Positions 1-7,487 of a stretch of DNA of 32,000 bases are shown piece by piece. Within the stretch, counting starts at the first letter, position 1. Each line of letters opens with the position of its first letter. Below the pieces are notes generated by a model that saw nothing but the letters and a program-made list of their open reading frames with translations, had not been told where the DNA came from and did no database searches. The translations under genes were made by a program, and so were the position numbers. The stretch covers positions 1,170,001 through 1,202,000 of the forward strand of contig NC_009073.1 of the NCBI RefSeq assembly GCF_000015805.1, given 5' to 3'. This DNA comes from Pyrobaculum calidifontis JCM 11548. Lineage in GTDB: Archaea > Thermoproteota > Thermoprotei > Thermoproteales > Thermoproteaceae.

Positions 1-373
1 GGGCCTCCGTGCCCGCGCTGTCGTCCTCCTCCGCCGTCACGAGGGCGAGGACGAGGGTGCCCCTTGGCTCGGTCTCTAGGAAGGCCTTGACGTAGGAGAC
101 TAGGGGGCCCTTGTCGTCCACCGCCCCCCGCCCCCACAGCACGGAGCCCTCCCGCCTCACCGGGAGCGGGCCGGGCACCGTGTCCATGTGGGCGTGTAGC
201 CACACCACCGGCTCCCCCCGCCCCTTGACAGCCACCACGTTGCCCGCCTCGTCGATCCACACGTCGGCCACGTACTGCCTCAAGAAGCTGTGCAAAAACT
301 TGGCCAACTCCCCCTCCCCATGCGGCGGGCTATATATCTTAAGCAACTCCTCCAAAAGCCACCCCGCGTCCAT
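1..373 (-). CDS. M20 family metallopeptidase (ArgE/LysK/DapE-like deacylase), N-terminal part; gene runs off the left edge
   Basis: Absent from the ORF track because it is open at the window edge. My minus-strand translation from ATG 373..371 reads MDAGWLLEELLKIYSPPHGEGELAKFLHSFLRQYVADVWIDEAGNVVAVKGRGEPVVWLHAHMDTVPGPLPVRREGSVLWGRGAVDDKGPLVSY... It carries the HxD (HAHMDTVP) and GRGAxDxKG metal-site motifs of M20 peptidases. TATA-like TTATATAC (392-399, minus) lies about 22 nt upstream of the ATG. Confidence 0.75.
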   Translation of the reverse strand, partial: MDAGWLLEELLKIYSPPHGEGELAKFLHSFLRQYVADVWIDEAGNVVAVKGRGEPVVWLHAHMDTVPGPLPVRREGSVLWGRGAVDDKGPLVSYVKAFLETEPRGTLVLALVTAEEDDSAGTEA

Positions 374-399
374 GGCGGTGGGATATGGAGAGTATATAA

Positions 400-1269
400 C
401 TATAGCTCCACCTCCCGCCCCGCCCTCCACACAGTGACGGCCGGCTCTCTGCCCTGAGCCACGGCCTCGGCGAGGAAGAGCCTGAGCTCAAAGACGTTGG
501 ACACAGCGCGGCCGTCCACCTTGACGATGACATCGCCGGGCCTTATGCCCAACCTCTCCGCAGGCGAGCCGGGGTAGACCCCAGCCACGAGCAGGCCCCT
601 GGCTATGGGGAGGCCGTAGGCCGCCGCGAGGGCCTTGTTCAACGCCGCCACGTAGACCCCCAGCCTCGGCCTCACGTAGCGCCCAAACCGCTTCAACATC
701 TCCAGCATAATCTTCACGAGGTCTATGGGGACTGCGAAGCCTATGCCCTGCGCCCCCGCAATGACGGCCGAGTTCACCCCCACCGCCCTGCCCCCCATGT
801 CCACAAGAGGCCCCCCCGAGTTGCCCGGGTTAATAGCCGCGTCGGTCTGGATAAGGAACTCGAACACCCTGTCCCCAGCCTTCAGCGCTCTCCCAACCGC
901 GCTCACAATACCGAACGTGGCCGTGGGCTTGTCCAACAGTGCCAGAGGGTACCCCACCGCCACCACCCCCTGCCCCACCTTAAGCTCCAAGGCGCTCCCC
1001 AAGGGCAGAGGAGGGGCTACCAGGGAGGAGTAGAGGAGGGCTAGGTCCTCCTCTGGGTCGACGGCCGCCACCTCGGCCGTGCCCCTCTCCCCTTCGGGGG
1101 TCACCAAGGCCACCTCCCCGGCGGTGGACACCACGTGGTAGGCAGTGGCGTAGAACCCCTCGCCCACGGAGAAGGCGGAGCCGAACCCCTCTCCCCAGAG
1201 CTCCACACCCCTAGTCACCACAGCTACCACGGACTTGGACACCCTCTCCACGAGGCCGCTCAAGTCCAT
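400..1269 (-). CDS. HtrA/DegP-like trypsin-fold serine protease with C-terminal PDZ domain
   Basis: ORF 400..1374, trimmed to ATG 1269 (MDLSGLVERVSK...). The longer N-terminus would cross the shared TATA (1289-1304) and the divergent sppA start. Triad contexts are TAYHVV, EEDLALL and GNSGGPLVD. PDZ-like segment: GVYPGSPAERLGIRPGDVIVKVDGRAV. Confidence 0.85.
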   Translation of the reverse strand: MDLSGLVERVSKSVVAVVTRGVELWGEGFGSAFSVGEGFYATAYHVVSTAGEVALVTPEGERGTAEVAAVDPEEDLALLYSSLVAPPLPLGSALELKVGQGVVAVGYPLALLDKPTATFGIVSAVGRALKAGDRVFEFLIQTDAAINPGNSGGPLVDMGGRAVGVNSAVIAGAQGIGFAVPIDLVKIMLEMLKRFGRYVRPRLGVYVAALNKALAAAYGLPIARGLLVAGVYPGSPAERLGIRPGDVIVKVDGRAVSNVFELRLFLAEAVAQGREPAVTVWRAGREVEL

Positions 1270-1288
1270 GCCCCCTCCGCCCCCCGGG

Positions 1289-1304
1289 CTTAAAAATATA
1301 TACT
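1289..1304. promoter_or_regulatory. Shared AT-rich TATA element for the divergent htrA-like and sppA genes
   Basis: CTTAAAAATATATACT is the only AT-rich stretch in the 52-nt gap. It sits about 20-30 nt from both ATG 1269 (minus) and ATG 1322 (plus), consistent with leaderless archaeal transcripts. Confidence 0.45.
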
Positions 1305-1321
1305 CCCAACACGCGGCCCAT

Positions 1322-2890
1322 ATGCGAGGTTGGATAGCCATAGCGGTGATCCCAGCCATAGCCGTGGCGGCCATACTCGCCTACCTAGCCCTCCACCCGC
1401 CAGCCCCAGCGCCGCCGCCCAAGATCGTGGTGGCCACACTGGACTTCGTCATACAGAGCCCAGACGCCGGCGCCCTGGCGCAGAGGCTAGTGGAGCTCTC
1501 CCAGAGGGGAGACGTGGCGGGGGTCGTCCTCGTGATCAACTCGCCGGGCGGCACTGTCTCAGACACAGAGGCCCTCTACGCCACTCTGCGCGGCCTCGGC
1601 AAGCCCAAGTACGCGGTGGTTTACGGCCTAGCCGCTTCGGGGGCCTACTACGTCGCCGCCGCGGCGGACAAGATATACGCCACGCCCTCCAGCTGGGTGG
1701 GGAGCATAGGGGTAATAGCCGTCATATGGCCCGACGAGTACCTCTACGACGCCCCAGACTACGTATACACCACCGGGCCCCTGAAGTACTACGGGATGGA
1801 CCTCACCTCCTTCTACAACGCGGTGGAGGAGGTGCGGAACAACTTCGTAAAGGCAGTCGCCGAGGGGAGGAGGGGGAGGCTGAGGGTAAACGCCACGGAG
1901 CTGGAGACCGCCGCCCTCTACACCGCCAGCCAGGCCCTGGAAATGGGGCTAGTGGACAAAATAGGCGGTGTCCCCGACGCGGTGAGAGACATGGCACAGG
2001 AGCTCGGCCTAAGAGAGTACCAAGTGGAGTACCTCAAGCCCCTAAACGCCACGCAGGGGCCCGCCTCCCAGAGGGCCTCCCTATCCGCCCTCCTAAACTC
2101 CACCCCGCTCCCCATCTTCTACATGTGGCCCCCCGCCCTGCAGATCGACATTAGGCAACAGCAAGCCTCCCTGCCCGCCGTCTCCGAGGTCCCCGCCGGC
2201 AGGCGCTACGTGGTGCTAGACGCCGCGCACAGCAACGTGGTGCCCAAGGGCTTCCTAGAAGTCCTCCGCGCAGAGTTGGCCAAGAGGGGCTACGCCCTAG
2301 TCGCCGCAGCCACCGAGGACAGACTCGCCGCCCTCCTCTCCAACGCCACAGCCCTAGTGGTGGCAAACCCGGCAACGCCCTTCTCGCCCACCGCCGTCAA
2401 GGCCGTCCTCAACGCCACGAAGAGAGGCGTCAAAGTGGCCTACTTCTACGACGTGAGGGCAAGCGGCATAGTCACAATAGGGGGAACGGCGTACATTGCC
2501 CCATACGGCGCAGTGGCGGCCCCCGACACGTTGCCCATGTACTTCAACATGTCGGGACTCCGCGCCGTCTACAACTACACAACCGGGGCAACGGCCTTCG
2601 ACCAAAACTGGCAAATAGTGGCCGTGGAGGCCAGAGGCAACTGGACGCTGCTCAGTGGGGCGGCGCGGCTAGTCCTCTTCAGCCCCTCCGCCGTCGCCAC
2701 AAGCGCCCCCCACAGACTTGAGGCGTGGGCATACGCCTTCGGCTACGGGTGGGGCAACTACACAATTGCAGCGCAGGTGGGCAACTTCCTCTTCGTCGGC
2801 GCAGTGAGGTCCTTCACCCCCTACTTCATACAGCTGGGAGACAACCACAAGTTCTTCTCCAACGTAGTGGACTGGCTGACGTCGCAGTGA
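1322..2890 (+). CDS. sppA: Signal peptide peptidase SppA (S49 family) with N-terminal membrane anchor and ~260-aa C-terminal extension
   Basis: ORF 1235..2890, trimmed to ATG 1322 (MRGWIAIAVIPAIAVAAILAYLAL, a TM anchor). S49 hallmarks: VVLVINSPGGTVSDTEALY and GLAASGAYYVAAAADKIYATPSSWVGSIGV. The C-terminal half (from about RYVVLDAAHSNVVPKGF) is a separate domain I cannot name. Confidence 0.75.
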   Translation: MRGWIAIAVIPAIAVAAILAYLALHPPAPAPPPKIVVATLDFVIQSPDAGALAQRLVELSQRGDVAGVVLVINSPGGTVSDTEALYATLRGLGKPKYAVVYGLAASGAYYVAAAADKIYATPSSWVGSIGVIAVIWPDEYLYDAPDYVYTTGPLKYYGMDLTSFYNAVEEVRNNFVKAVAEGRRGRLRVNATELETAALYTASQALEMGLVDKIGGVPDAVRDMAQELGLREYQVEYLKPLNATQGPASQRASLSALLNSTPLPIFYMWPPALQIDIRQQQASLPAVSEVPAGRRYVVLDAAHSNVVPKGFLEVLRAELAKRGYALVAAATEDRLAALLSNATALVVANPATPFSPTAVKAVLNATKRGVKVAYFYDVRASGIVTIGGTAYIAPYGAVAAPDTLPMYFNMSGLRAVYNYTTGATAFDQNWQIVAVEARGNWTLLSGAARLVLFSPSAVATSAPHRLEAWAYAFGYGWGNYTIAAQVGNFLFVGAVRSFTPYFIQLGDNHKFFSNVVDWLTSQ

Positions 2891-3789
2891 AGGGCCTCGC
2901 CCTAGCCCTCTTCTCAGTGGCCGCGTGGAGCACCAACTACGTGGCGGGGCGGCGCCTCGCCGCGGCGGGGGCAGACCCCCTCGCCCTATCCCTCGTAAGA
3001 TTTGTAGCTGCCACCCCCATCATATTCGCCCTAGCCCGGGCGCCCCCCTACCGAGGAGCCCTAGCACAGCTCGCCGTGGCCGGGCTGTTGGGAGTAGCCG
3101 CCTTCAACACCTTCCTCTACACCGCCCTCCACTACATGACGGCGGCCGCCGCGGCCCTCTTCGTAGTCCTAGCCGGCCCAGCCACAAGCCTAATCGAGGC
3201 CGCAGCGGGCAAGAGGAGGCCCAACCCCCACGTCTTGGCGGGAGGCGCCGCCGCCGTGGCCGGGGCCTACCTAGTCCTGGCCCCCCAAGCCCAGGTTAGG
3301 GCCGTCGAGGGCCCGCTACTGGCCGCCGCGGCCACGCTCTCGTGGTCTCTCTACACGGTGTACGTGAGGCGGGTATACGCCAGGTACAGCCCCGCAGAGG
3401 CCTCCGCTTGGATAAGCCTGGTGGGCACCGCCGAGCTGGCGCCGCTGGCCCCCCTGGCCCACTACGGCTGGCTAGCCCACTGGGAGACCGCGGCGTGGGT
3501 CCTATACGTGGCGGCGGTCCCCGGGGCCCTTGCCTACACCGCGTGGAACACCGCGGTCAGAGAGATAGGCCCACAACGCGCCGCCGCTGTCCTCCCCCTA
3601 ATGCCAGTGATCACCACAGCCATATCGGCCGCGGCGTTGGGGGAGGCGGTGACCCCCCTACAGGCCGTTGGCATGGCCCTGGCAGTGGCCGGCGTCTACT
3701 ACGCTCAGAACCCCACCCTCCTCCCCCGCATCGCCGGGCGGCCGAAGTCGAACCGCTCCTCGCGCCAGGGGTCGCCGTTAAGCGAGTAG
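2887..3789 (+). CDS. EamA/DMT-superfamily membrane transporter
   Basis: ORF 2725..3789, trimmed to GTG 2887, which overlaps the sppA stop as GTGA. It is hydrophobic throughout with about 10 predicted TM segments in two EamA-like halves (WSTNYVAGRRL..., WSLYTVYVRRV...). The start codon is uncertain. Confidence 0.7.
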   Translation: MKGLALALFSVAAWSTNYVAGRRLAAAGADPLALSLVRFVAATPIIFALARAPPYRGALAQLAVAGLLGVAAFNTFLYTALHYMTAAAAALFVVLAGPATSLIEAAAGKRRPNPHVLAGGAAAVAGAYLVLAPQAQVRAVEGPLLAAAATLSWSLYTVYVRRVYARYSPAEASAWISLVGTAELAPLAPLAHYGWLAHWETAAWVLYVAAVPGALAYTAWNTAVREIGPQRAAAVLPLMPVITTAISAAALGEAVTPLQAVGMALAVAGVYYAQNPTLLPRIAGRPKSNRSSRQGSPLSE

Positions 3790-4349
3790 CCCAAGGCCTC
3801 CCAGTACCCCGGCACCGGCTCCTCCAACACCTCGATAGCCGTGAAGTACTTCACGCTCTTCCACCCATAACGAGTCGGCACCACCAGCCTCGCCGGCGCA
3901 CCGTGCTTCTTGGGAAGAGGCTCCCCATTCAAAGCCCAGGCGATGATCGTGGACTCCTCCCAGAGGGCCTCCACGGGGAGAGAGGCGCTGTACCCATCCA
4001 CCCCCCACGCCAAGGCGTAGCCCCCATACGGCCTAGCCTCCTCAAGCAAGGCCCGGACCTGCACCCCCCTCCACCTCACCCCCTCCACAGACCACCCCGT
4101 GACGCAGTGAAACGGCGCCACCACCTCCACACAGGGGTACCTACGCTGAAGCTCCACCAGCGGCACCTCCACCGGCCTCTCCACAGCCCCCACCACCCTG
4201 ACCACGTGCCTCTCAGGCGGCACGTCAGGCGGGTCAAACACGTCGTAAACCACAAACCGCCTCACCCGGGACTGGTTAGGCGGCCAAGGCCTATCCACCC
4301 TAATCTCCCTACACTCCACGCCACACCCCCGAACTGCATTTATTAGCAC
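3705..4349 (-). CDS. Small molybdopterin-binding oxidoreductase (sulfite oxidase / YedY-MsrP-like catalytic domain)
   Basis: ORF 3705..4463. Motifs: FHCVTGWSVEGVRWRGVQVRALLEEA, NGEPLPKKHGAPARLVVPTRYGWKSVKY and PGYWEALGY. The start is probably GTG 4349, about 20 nt downstream of minus-strand TTAATAAA (4366-4373). The exact start is uncertain. Confidence 0.75.
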   Translation of the reverse strand: MLINAVRGCGVECREIRVDRPWPPNQSRVRRFVVYDVFDPPDVPPERHVVRVVGAVERPVEVPLVELQRRYPCVEVVAPFHCVTGWSVEGVRWRGVQVRALLEEARPYGGYALAWGVDGYSASLPVEALWEESTIIAWALNGEPLPKKHGAPARLVVPTRYGWKSVKYFTAIEVLEEPVPGYWEALGYSLNGDPWREERFDFGRPAMRGRRVGF

Positions 4350-4389
4350 TTTCCCACCAATGTTTATTAATATCCATCGAGAAGGGCAC

Positions 4390-4800
4390 ATGAGAATAGC
4401 AGTGGCATCAACCCCAGAGGGGCAGGTATACGACGGGCACTTCGCCCACGCCCCCATCTTCAAGATCTACGAATACACCCCAGGAGGCGGGCTAAGGCCC
4501 GTAGAAGAGCGGAAAAACCCCCTAGGCGACGTCCCAGACCTAGACGCCCAGCCACACCACCACGCCCACCATCACCACCACCACGGCGTGTCCAAATACG
4601 CCTGGCTCAGAGAGAAGGTCCTCCCAGACGTCGACGCAGTGATAGCCGCGGGGGCCTGCCAGACCAGCCACAACTACTTCACAAGCCAAGGCGTGAGGAT
4701 GCTCTACACAGACCCCGTCCCCATCGACCTCCTCGAGCAGTACATCAGAGAGAACCCAGAGGAGTTTGAACGCGCCCTCGGAGATGCGGCTGAGGGGTAA
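4390..4800 (+). CDS. NifB/NifX-type (dinitrogenase FeMo-cofactor-binding domain family) small protein with an internal poly-His run
   Basis: ORF 4360..4800, trimmed to ATG 4390 (MRIAVASTPEGQVYDGHFAHAPIFKIYEY...). TTTATTAATAT (4363-4373) lies about 20-25 nt upstream. The N-terminal beta-alpha pattern and AVIAAGACQTSHNYFTSQGV resemble the NifX/NifB C-terminal domain family. HHHAHHHHHH is at residues 56-65. Confidence 0.6.
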   Translation: MRIAVASTPEGQVYDGHFAHAPIFKIYEYTPGGGLRPVEERKNPLGDVPDLDAQPHHHAHHHHHHGVSKYAWLREKVLPDVDAVIAAGACQTSHNYFTSQGVRMLYTDPVPIDLLEQYIRENPEEFERALGDAAEG

Positions 4801-5479
4801 AAACGTAGTAGTAGCAGGCGCCGGCCCCGGCCTAGGCACAGCGGTAGTGCGCCTAGCCATCGCAGAGGGCGCCTCGGTATACGCCTTCGCCAGAACCCCC
4901 AAGCCCCACCTAGCCAAGCTCGGGGCACGCATGGGGACACGCGACTTCTCCAAGCCAGAGGAGGCAAAGGCCGCCGCCGAGGAGGCCGCCAAGGCCTTCA
5001 ACGCCGTACACGGCCTAGTAGTGACAGCGGGGGGATACGCCGCGGGGGGAGTGGAAGAGGTGGGAGAAGCCGAGCTAGAGGACATGCTCGCCAGAAACCT
5101 AAAAGCCCACATATACGCCGTCAAGGCCATCCTCCCCCTAATGCCCCCCGGCTCCTCCATAGTCCTCACCTCCTCCATAGGCGGGACATACGCCGCGTGG
5201 CCCAGACACGTGGCCTACGTAGCCGCCAAAGCCGCCCTAGCCAAGGCAACTGAGTCCATAGCCGCGGAGCTCCTCGACAGAGGCATACGAGTAAACGCCG
5301 TGGCCCCCGGCGGAATGGCCAAAGAAGACAACCCAGACGCCCAGCCCCCACCCCTAGGAGCCCCCCAGGCACCCCCCGCCGAAGTGGCCAAGGTAATAAT
5401 CTGGCTCCTCACAGACGAAGCCAGGTGGATAACCGGAGCCATCATACCCGTCGACGGAGGAAGAAGACTAAGAGGATAG
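4784..5479 (+). CDS. Short-chain dehydrogenase/reductase (SDR)
   Basis: ORF 4766..5479, with ATG 4784 overlapping the upstream stop. It has the Rossmann motif GKNVVVAGAGPGLGTAV, the catalytic YVAAKAAL (YxxxK) and NAVAPGG. Confidence 0.8.
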   Translation: MRLRGKNVVVAGAGPGLGTAVVRLAIAEGASVYAFARTPKPHLAKLGARMGTRDFSKPEEAKAAAEEAAKAFNAVHGLVVTAGGYAAGGVEEVGEAELEDMLARNLKAHIYAVKAILPLMPPGSSIVLTSSIGGTYAAWPRHVAYVAAKAALAKATESIAAELLDRGIRVNAVAPGGMAKEDNPDAQPPPLGAPQAPPAEVAKVIIWLLTDEARWITGAIIPVDGGRRLRG

Positions 5480-5732
5480 CAACCGGCCCCCCTACAGAAA
5501 TAAGACCCCCTCAAAAACAACCATCAACACCAGCGCCAGATAGTACACCCACCCCGTCACCCCCAGCACTGACACAGACCTGCCCCCTCGCCGCTATTCA
5601 GTACAAGCGGATAGTCTAACCGAGGAAGTACGCCGAGGCTAGTGCACAGCCATCGCCTGGAGGGGCTACCAACGCTCGTAAACGTTTAAGGTCAGCGGAG
5701 AAAACCTTAAAAATTAAACTGCATAAAGACAC

Positions 5733-5810
5733 GGGGAGGGGGAAGGTCAGTGGGCCAGGCCGACGGGCATCTGTTCCCTCAATACCCTCTCATCATCCCC
5801 TCCCCCGATG
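5733..5810 (-). ncRNA. Candidate C/D box sRNA (2'-O-methylation guide)
   Basis: Minus-strand RNA: CGGGGGAGGGG-AUGAUGA-GAGGGUAUUGAGGGAACAGAUGCCCGUCGGCCUGGCCCA-CUGA-CCUUCCCCCUCCCCG. C box AUGAUGA is at 5796..5790 and D box CUGA at 5750..5747. The C-to-D span is 50 nt, the typical archaeal size. The G-rich 5' flank can pair with the C/U-rich 3' flank in 9 of 10 positions, counting G-U pairs. The internal D'/C' boxes are poor (UUGA / AGAUGC). Confidence 0.35.
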
Positions 5811-6216
5811 AGTCTTCCCAAGAAACACAAGGGCACTTGCACTTGTAGTCAGCCTCTCTCCATGGAAAATCTGGCCAACTAGGCACAGATGATGCCACTA
5901 ACAGCAGGCGGCAGTTTAAAAGCAAGTGTAGACAGTGTGGAAGTGGGAGTCGCTGAAGCACAAACCTCGACCCCAACGGCCACCGGTGTGCAAACGGAGA
6001 CGGACAGTGGCTGCGTCCATTTTCGTACCGCCTTTAAAACCGCGCTTTAACCACGGTACGCCGACGATAGGCGCCCCAGCTCCCGGGAGCGCGGCGTAGA
6101 GAGGGCAAAGGCGGCTTAAAGGCGGACCCCCACGCGAATTGGACGCTGTCAACACAAGCGTAGCCTCCACGCCGGCCGAAAGGGGAAGAGATATAAACAT
6201 GAGAAAAGTAATTCAC

Positions 6217-6621
6217 ATGATCTTGGGTGGCGAGGTTCTGTTAATCGCCGTCCTTGCCGTCATCGTCGTTGCGGCCGTTGTATACGGCTTGGCCAGGCCC
6301 CGGGTGCCTGTGGCCTGCCCGCCGAGCCCCGACGCCCTCCGCCGCGTGCTGGAGACAGTCCTAGACGACGTCTACGTGGACCGGATAGGCGACATCATGG
6401 TGGTAAAGACCAAGGCCCTCTTCTTCACCTACACCATGCGCATAAGATGCTCCCAGCAGACCTACCAGCTATCCTGGCCATGGCCCTGGGCGGTGGCCCT
6501 ACTCCTACTCGTCCCCCAGCTCGCCTGGCTCGCCGTCGTCCTCCTCCTCTGGATGCTCTACAAGGCCCACCAGCTAGAACGCGCCGTGGCCCAGGCAGGC
6601 AGAGAGCTGGCTACACCTTGA
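6217..6621 (+). CDS. Hypothetical small membrane protein (N-terminal TM, ~60-aa soluble segment, C-terminal hydrophobic hairpin)
   Basis: ORF 6139..6621. The likely start is ATG 6217 (MILGGEVLLIAVLAVIVVAAVVYGL), about 22-27 nt downstream of GATATAAAC (6190-6198); ATG 6199 is an alternative. No family motif recognised. Confidence 0.45.
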   Translation: MILGGEVLLIAVLAVIVVAAVVYGLARPRVPVACPPSPDALRRVLETVLDDVYVDRIGDIMVVKTKALFFTYTMRIRCSQQTYQLSWPWPWAVALLLLVPQLAWLAVVLLLWMLYKAHQLERAVAQAGRELATP

Positions 6622-6821
6622 TCAACACGCCGAAGAGTCTCCGCCGCTCCTCAAAAGTTCTCCTAGACACCACATGCACGCCGTAGCCGCAATAGCAGTC
6701 GCGGTTGCAACGGCAGTTGCGCTCCTCAAGAAGCGACGCTAGTTCCCCAATCCCCTCTTTTCCGCCTATTTAGTCAATCCTTCCCGCCGTTTTGTGATAC
6801 TTCGACGGGTTACCGCTTATG

Positions 6822-7487
6822 CTAGCTCTTTAGTAGAGTTGTCGATGTGGTCTCTTTGCATCGATTTTTCTTGGCGGTCTCTATATCGCACTTATTTAAC
6901 ACGCCCAGTATCGCCGAAATTGCGCTGGCTAGTCTCGGCGGTGTTTTACTCAGACTATTTACGATGTTGTCGAAACACAAGTTCTCGGTGCCCTCTTCTA
7001 ATGCGGCAATGACTGCCCCCTTCATTGATGCGCCGAGCGGCGTGTGGGGAGACCACTTCTTGATAGCGTGTACGGGATCGCCGCACCTGGCCTTAAAGCT
7101 GGACGCGCCGGCCTTTGGGGCCTTGTGGGAGTAGTGGTGCAGAGCTATCGCGGCAAGCACCGCCTTACAGATTCCACTGATCCCACTTTCCCCGTTTAGG
7201 CGGCAGTTCTCCACCAAGCCCAGCCGCTTCATAACCTTGTATGCTACAGCGGTTGATTTAACCTCGTGGCGGGGGTAGTAGCCGCTCTCATCGTTGTACT
7301 CGACGTCGGCCTTCCCAACGTCGTGAAGAAGAGCCGCAAAGACTACCAAGTCAAGCGCCTCTTCGGGGCCCACTGAGAAGACTCTGGCCAACTTATGGGC
7401 CACAAGCGCGCCTTCCCTGGCCACGCACTCGGCCACCTCTAAGAGGTGGCGGTCAAGCGGTTCGCAGGGCCCTGCCAGACACGTCAT
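6822..7487 (-). CDS. cas3'': Cas3'' HD-domain nuclease (type I-A split Cas3)
   Basis: ORF 6822..7658, trimmed to ATG 7487, which overlaps the cas3' stop as ATGA. HD motifs: FAALLHDVGKADVEY and AIALHHYSH. It is the last gene of the interference operon. Confidence 0.85.
   Translation of the reverse strand: MTCLAGPCEPLDRHLLEVAECVAREGALVAHKLARVFSVGPEEALDLVVFAALLHDVGKADVEYNDESGYYPRHEVKSTAVAYKVMKRLGLVENCRLNGESGISGICKAVLAAIALHHYSHKAPKAGASSFKARCGDPVHAIKKWSPHTPLGASMKGAVIAALEEGTENLCFDNIVNSLSKTPPRLASAISAILGVLNKCDIETAKKNRCKETTSTTLLKS

Noticed and set aside
5425-6216. Short ORFs in the long intergenic gap (5425..5619 +, 5779..5976 -, 5916..6200 -, 6034..6216 -)
   Set aside because: They overlap one another, have no TATA at a suitable distance, and their sequences do not look protein-like. 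One overlaps the candidate C/D box sRNA.
6612-6766. Minus-strand Cys-rich reading frame (...LLEERNCRCNRDCYCGYGVHVVSRRTFEERRRLFGVLIKV*) between the membrane-protein gene and cas3''
   Set aside because: The frame opens just after a TAA and has no ATG, GTG or TTG before the Cys-rich part. It has no TATA and is under 60 aa, so it cannot be supported as a gene.
6794-7134. Plus-strand ORFs 6794..7012 and 6847..7134, and the long N-terminal extensions of track ORFs 6822..7658, 400..1374, 1235..2890, 2725..3789, 11582..11965 and 22516..23322
   Set aside because: They are antisense to, or extend upstream of, motif-supported genes. The extensions cross TATA boxes or neighbouring genes, so internal starts with ATGA or short overlaps were preferred.
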